Assembly (NCBI GenBank): GCA_041395065.1
Contig: JAWLBG010000007.1
Span: 46,165-110,164 of the forward strand
Reading direction: 5' to 3'
Origin: Prosthecobacter sp.
Lineage (GTDB): Bacteria; Verrucomicrobiota; Verrucomicrobiia; Verrucomicrobiales; Verrucomicrobiaceae
DNA: 64,000 nucleotides
Shown here: positions 59,665 to 64,000 of the stretch, piece after piece
Layout: each line of letters begins with the position of its first letter
Position numbering within the stretch: the first letter of the stretch is position 1
Notes under the pieces: generated by a model
Told to the model about the DNA's origin: nothing
The model's database searches: none
The model's input: the letters and a program-made list of their open reading frames with translations, nothing else
Program-made: the position numbers and the translations under genes

Positions 59665-61305
59665 ATGCCCACGCCCCCTTTCCACTACCAGCCCCTTCTC
59701 GAACTCGGTGCCGACGACACCGAATACCGTCTGCTGACGAAGGAATACGTCCGCGTCGAGAAGGTCGGCGACAAGGAACTGCTCGTCGTTGATCCCGAGG
59801 CGCTCACGCTGCTGGCGAACCAGGCGTTTCATGATATCAATTTCTTCCTGCGTCCGAAGCACCTGAAGCAGGTCGCCGCCATCCTTGACGATCCCGAGGC
59901 GAGTGAGAACGACCGCATGGTCGCGCTCACGATGCTCAAGAACGCCGATGTGGCCTCCGCGGGCCTGCTGCCGTTCTGCCAGGACACCGGTACCGCCATC
60001 ATCATGGGCAAAAAAGGCCAGCAGGTCTGGACCGGCGGTGGCGACGAAGCAGCGCTCTCGAAGGGCGTTTATCTCGCCTACACGGAGAACAACTTGCGCT
60101 ACTCGCAGAACGCCGCGCTGGACATGTTCACCGAGAAGAACACGGGCACGAATCTGCCCGCGCAGCTCGACCTTTACGCCACCGACGGCGACGCATACAA
60201 GTTTCTCTTCATTGCCAAAGGCGGCGGATCGGCGAACAAGGCCTTCCTGTATCAAGAAACGCGCGCCGTGCTCAATCCGAAGAGCATCGTGAAGTTTCTC
60301 AGTGAAAAGATGACCTCGCTCGGCACCGCCGCGTGCCCGCCGTATCACCTGACCTTCGTCATCGGCGGCACCTCGGCGGAAGCGACGATGAAGCACGTGA
60401 AGCTCGCCTCGACCAAGTATTACGACAACCTGCCCACCACCGGCAACGAGCACGGCCGCGCCTTCCGCGATGTCGAACTCGAAGCACAAATGCTCACCGC
60501 CGCGCGCGAGTGCGGCATCGGCGCGCAGTTTGGCGGCAAATACTTCGCGCTCGATGTGCGCGTCATCCGCCTGCCGCGTCACGGCGCGTCCTTGCCCATC
60601 GGCATCGGCGTCTCCTGCTCCGCCGACCGTCAGGCGAAGGGCAAGATCACGAAGGACGGCGTCTTCATCGAGAAGCTCGAGACGAATCCGCTGCAATACA
60701 TTCCCGAGGAGTTGCGCCATCGCAAAGACACCAACGCCGTGCGCATCGACACGAACCGTCCGATGGCGGAGATCCGCGCCGAGCTCAGCAAGTATCCCAC
60801 CACCACGCGCCTGCTCATCAACGGCCCCATCATCGTCGCGCGCGACATCGCGCATGCGAAGCTGAAGGAAATGCTCGATGCCGGCAAGCCGCTGCCCGAT
60901 TATTTCAAGAACCACCCCGTCTATTACGCCGGTCCCGCCAAAACACCCGCCGGCATGCCCAGCGGCAGCTTCGGCCCCACCACCGCGGGCCGCATGGACA
61001 GCTACGTCGATCTCTTCCAAAGCCACGGCGGCAGCATGGTCATGATCGCGAAAGGAAATCGCGGCCAGCAGGTCACCGACGCGTGCAAGAAGCACGGCGG
61101 CTTCTACCTCGGCAGCATCGGCGGCCCCGCCGCCATCCTCGCCAAGGAAAACATCAAAAAGGTCGAAGTCGTCGAGTTCCCCGAACTCGGCATGGAGGCC
61201 ATCTGGAAGATCGAAATCGACGACTTCCCGGCCTTCATCCTCATCGATGACAAAGGAAACGACTTCTTCCAGACCGTCGGTCCGGGATGCTCGGTGAAGC
61301 ATTGA
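59665..61305 (+). CDS. fumA: Class I (Fe-S) fumarate hydratase
   Basis: [46 protein letters not shown]. Confidence 0.96.
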   Translation: MPTPPFHYQPLLELGADDTEYRLLTKEYVRVEKVGDKELLVVDPEALTLLANQAFHDINFFLRPKHLKQVAAILDDPEASENDRMVALTMLKNADVASAGLLPFCQDTGTAIIMGKKGQQVWTGGGDEAALSKGVYLAYTENNLRYSQNAALDMFTEKNTGTNLPAQLDLYATDGDAYKFLFIAKGGGSANKAFLYQETRAVLNPKSIVKFLSEKMTSLGTAACPPYHLTFVIGGTSAEATMKHVKLASTKYYDNLPTTGNEHGRAFRDVELEAQMLTAARECGIGAQFGGKYFALDVRVIRLPRHGASLPIGIGVSCSADRQAKGKITKDGVFIEKLETNPLQYIPEELRHRKDTNAVRIDTNRPMAEIRAELSKYPTTTRLLINGPIIVARDIAHAKLKEMLDAGKPLPDYFKNHPVYYAGPAKTPAGMPSGSFGPTTAGRMDSYVDLFQSHGGSMVMIAKGNRGQQVTDACKKHGGFYLGSIGGPAAILAKENIKKVEVVEFPELGMEAIWKIEIDDFPAFILIDDKGNDFFQTVGPGCSVKH

Positions 61306-61311
61306 TAAACC

Positions 61312-61590
61312 ATGGCGAGGCCATCAGATCCCATTCAAAACTTGCCCGAACACTGGCGGAACAAGTTGGTCGACTACTTGACCAGTAAAGGGCGTGCTCG
61401 ACTCGGCGCTGGGGATTTTCCAAGCAATGGCCTTCGAATTCGTTTCCCGGATGATTCAGAAGCTCGATTTCGTTACGCTTTCGCTCTTCGAGATGATGAA
61501 TGCGGTGAGATCGCCGTTTTCACCGAGCACTGCGGCCACCATGTGTTTCCCGGCATCGATACAGTCATCGAAGTCATGGCCGATTCTTAA
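61312..61590 (+). CDS. Small hypothetical protein
   Basis: 92 aa, starts 6 nt after the fumarase stop; AVFTEHCGHHVF; lower GC. Confidence 0.6.
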   Translation: MARPSDPIQNLPEHWRNKLVDYLTSKGRARLGAGDFPSNGLRIRFPDDSEARFRYAFALRDDECGEIAVFTEHCGHHVFPGIDTVIEVMADS

Positions 61591-61679
61591 TCGATCAATC
61601 GCCCGGTCCGCTTTGGTGTTGGTCGGAATGCAATGCAGCGTCCACTCTTGGCGTTGATTCATGTCATCTCGTTTCACCC

Positions 61680-62681
61680 ATGAATCGATGCCGTAATCTT
61701 TTGCTGCTCACCATCGTGTTCGGATGGCGGACGCTGGCTGATGATGCCACCTCGGTCTCGTCCCAACTCATCACCACCTGGGGCAAGGAAGGTGAGGCGC
61801 CGGGAGACTTCAACATTCCCATCGGCGTGGCGCTGAATGAGGCGGGCGAGGTGTTTGTCACCGACCATTACAACAACCGCGTGCAGAAGTTCGATGCGGA
61901 GGGGAAGCTGCTCGCGCACTTCGCGGTGCTGCCGAATCCGGGCGGGATCGCGGTCGATGGAGACCGGCTTTACCTCACGCACTTCCCGGCGTCGCGTCTG
62001 ATGAAGGACAAGGTGCCGGACCGCGTGAGCGTGTATGCGCAGAACGGGAAGTTTATTCGCGAGTGGGGATCGACGGGCACGGGCGACGGGCAGTTCGATT
62101 TTCCCGGTGGCGTTGCGATCAGCAAGAGCGGCGAGGTCTTCGTGGCGGATCAGACGAACCGGCGCGTGCAGGTGTTTGATCGCGAGGGGAAGTTTCTGCG
62201 CAAGTGGGGCGAGTATGGCGTGCAGCCGGGGCAGTTCGGCGGGAACACGAATCCAAAATCCCGCGTGGGCGGGCCGAATTTCATCATGCTCGACAGCGCG
62301 GGCGATGTGTTCACCACGGAGGCGAGCGTGGGACGCGTGCAGAAGTTTTCACCGGAAGGAAAGCCGTTGCTGGCGTGGGGCACTCTGGAGGACAAGCCGG
62401 GTGGATTTGGCGGCCTGTTCACCGGTTTCAAGGCGAAGCTCGTCGGGCCGATTGGCATCGCGATGGATGCGCACGGTCGTCTGTGGATCACAGCGGTGAG
62501 CGGTCGTGTGCAGTGCTTCACGCGGGAGGGAAAGTACCTCGGCGGCTTTGGCGATACGCAGGGTACCGAGCCGGGGCAGTTTTATGCGCCGCATGGCATC
62601 GCGATCAGTCCGCGCGGCGAGATTTTCGTCGTCGATAGCTACAACCATCGCATCCAGAAGTTTGAAATCGTCGGCAAGTAG
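61680..62681 (+). CDS. Secreted NHL-repeat beta-propeller protein
   Basis: Repeats of F..P.G.A....G..FV.D..N.R.Q.F. Confidence 0.9.
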   Translation: MNRCRNLLLLTIVFGWRTLADDATSVSSQLITTWGKEGEAPGDFNIPIGVALNEAGEVFVTDHYNNRVQKFDAEGKLLAHFAVLPNPGGIAVDGDRLYLTHFPASRLMKDKVPDRVSVYAQNGKFIREWGSTGTGDGQFDFPGGVAISKSGEVFVADQTNRRVQVFDREGKFLRKWGEYGVQPGQFGGNTNPKSRVGGPNFIMLDSAGDVFTTEASVGRVQKFSPEGKPLLAWGTLEDKPGGFGGLFTGFKAKLVGPIGIAMDAHGRLWITAVSGRVQCFTREGKYLGGFGDTQGTEPGQFYAPHGIAISPRGEIFVVDSYNHRIQKFEIVGK

Positions 62682-62744
62682 CCAGCTCTGCCAGATGGAT
62701 TGTGCCGATGTGCATAAAGACGCTGGCGGCGTCCTGCGCTTGGC

Positions 62745-63755
62745 TCACCCGGCTGGCGTGAGCACGACCTTCTGCACGTCGAGCACGGCATTCTTCGCCT
62801 TGGTGACAGGGTCGATGACGAGGCGGGTCTGGCCAGACTTGGCGATTTCGATTTCGCCGATGGCGAGTTCCTTCCAGTTCTGGAATCCACCGGTGTCCTG
62901 GGTGGTGAATTTCAGCTCCTGTGTGCCGAGCTTCACGGCGACTTCGCTGCCTTCATTGCCACCGCCGCAGCCATGCACGACAGTCACTTTGAAGCGGCCC
63001 GGCTTGGTGACATCGAAGGTCCACTCGGCGAGATCGTCCTCGCTGGTCCAATAGCCGAGGCAGTTTTTTTCGGGTTTCGGCTCGTAGCGCATGTTCTCCG
63101 ACCAGGTGGTGGCGCTGCCGGCGTTCAGAACGATCGTGCCGTCCTCCTGCTGTTGGGGAGCGGGACCTTCCGGAATCGGGGCGAAGGCGATCTCCTGGAC
63201 ATTAAAGTGGGCCTCCGCGCCCGTCGCGGCGATGTAGAGCACGAAGGGGTAGGTGCCGGGCTTTTCCACGTAGACTTCCCCGTAGACGACACGCTTCGGC
63301 TGGCTGGAGGCCATCAGGGATTTCTTCATCGCCTGCTGACCAAAGCGGAACTGGGAGCCGAGCGTGGCATGCCGCATGGTGTAGGTCACCCGCACCTCGT
63401 AGCGGCCCCAGCGCTTGAAGGTGAGGTTCGTGCAGTCGAACTGCTCCCAATGCGCGGCCGCCATGCGTTTCACGTCCTTGGGATCGACCTTGATCACGCC
63501 GCGGGTGGGCTCGTCCTCGCGGATGGCGGGTTCGTCACTTCCAAAACCGTTCAGATGCACCGGATCTCCAAAGACCGGCTCCTTGGGTGTCTCAGGCGCT
63601 TCCGTAACTTCCGCCGGTTTCTGAGGAGCTGTCGCTGCCGGTTCCGGCTTGGGCTTTGTCTCTGTCGTTGACGGTGGCGTGCTTTTCTCGCACGCGTTCA
63701 GACATAGGACGGCGGCAAACGCGGCAACGGCGTGGAGTGGGGCGGCGGTTTTCAT
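62745..63755 (-). CDS. Lipoprotein with C-terminal CBM6/CBM35-like domain(s)
   Basis: LNAC lipobox, Pro-rich linker, LGYWT, PGRFKV, DTGGFQNW. Start ATG 63755. Confidence 0.75.
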   Translation of the reverse strand: MKTAAPLHAVAAFAAVLCLNACEKSTPPSTTETKPKPEPAATAPQKPAEVTEAPETPKEPVFGDPVHLNGFGSDEPAIREDEPTRGVIKVDPKDVKRMAAAHWEQFDCTNLTFKRWGRYEVRVTYTMRHATLGSQFRFGQQAMKKSLMASSQPKRVVYGEVYVEKPGTYPFVLYIAATGAEAHFNVQEIAFAPIPEGPAPQQQEDGTIVLNAGSATTWSENMRYEPKPEKNCLGYWTSEDDLAEWTFDVTKPGRFKVTVVHGCGGGNEGSEVAVKLGTQELKFTTQDTGGFQNWKELAIGEIEIAKSGQTRLVIDPVTKAKNAVLDVQKVVLTPAG

Positions 63756-63801
63756 GGATGGGCGGCCATCATGCAGCGGCGGCCCCTTCCGGCAACCAAG
63801 G

Positions 63802-63833
63802 AAAAAAGGCACACGGGGATTCCCCGTGTGCCT
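63802..63833 (-). terminator. Intrinsic terminator
   Basis: On the minus strand GGCACACGGGG-AAT-CCCCGTGTGCC followed by TTTTTT. Confidence 0.85.
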
Positions 63834-63860
63834 GCATCTATTCACAACTCGACCAAAGAA

Positions 63861-64000
63861 TTAGAATCGGATGCACATGTCCACCGTCAGGCGGTTGTTC
63901 GTCAGACCGTAGGGACGGATGGCGGCGATCTCATAGGCAAAGCCGAGGTCCACATTGTTGTGCACACGGCTGCGGAAGCCGATGCCCAGCATGCCCTGCG
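63861..64000 (-). CDS. C-terminus of a probable outer-membrane beta-barrel protein (5' end outside the window)
   Basis: Translated by hand: QGMLGIGFRSRVHNNVDLGFAYE...RLTVDMCIRF-stop; amphipathic strands with a terminal Phe. Confidence 0.7.
   Translation of the reverse strand, partial: QGMLGIGFRSRVHNNVDLGFAYEIAAIRPYGLTNNRLTVDMCIRF

Overview
GC-rich bacterial chromosomal window. The gene content (DUF1549/DUF1553 cytochrome proteins, DUF1501, DUF1552/DUF1592, sulfatases, DUF1080) suggests a PVC-superphylum organism, most likely Verrucomicrobiota; this is inference. About 55 CDS are present. Most encode exported glycan-modifying enzymes: sulfatases, esterases, Asp-box propellers, PhoD and GH25. 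Housekeeping genes include hflX, lhr, bioB, icd, class I fumarase and sbcC, plus a YdbH/YnbE-YdbL-like envelope operon. Small accessory inserts sit at gene junctions: two vapBC pairs, an orphan antitoxin, an AAA-DUF4143 ATPase, an HNH-like ORF, a stand-alone FtsH-like protease domain and two unknown ORFs. The most striking structure is a four-helix-bundle (IVS/Avd-like) gene between a DUF1549/1553 gene and its DUF1501 partner. It is bracketed by two inverted arms of five heptamer repeats each, and both arms overlap host coding sequence; an orphan arm of the same type lies in a sulfatase signal peptide. Also seen: paired 21-bp palindromic operators, recurring ECF-type promoters close to start codons, and a doubly frameshifted gene. 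No rRNA, tRNA, CRISPR array, transposase or integrase was recognised. All family assignments come from motif recognition by eye, not from database searches.
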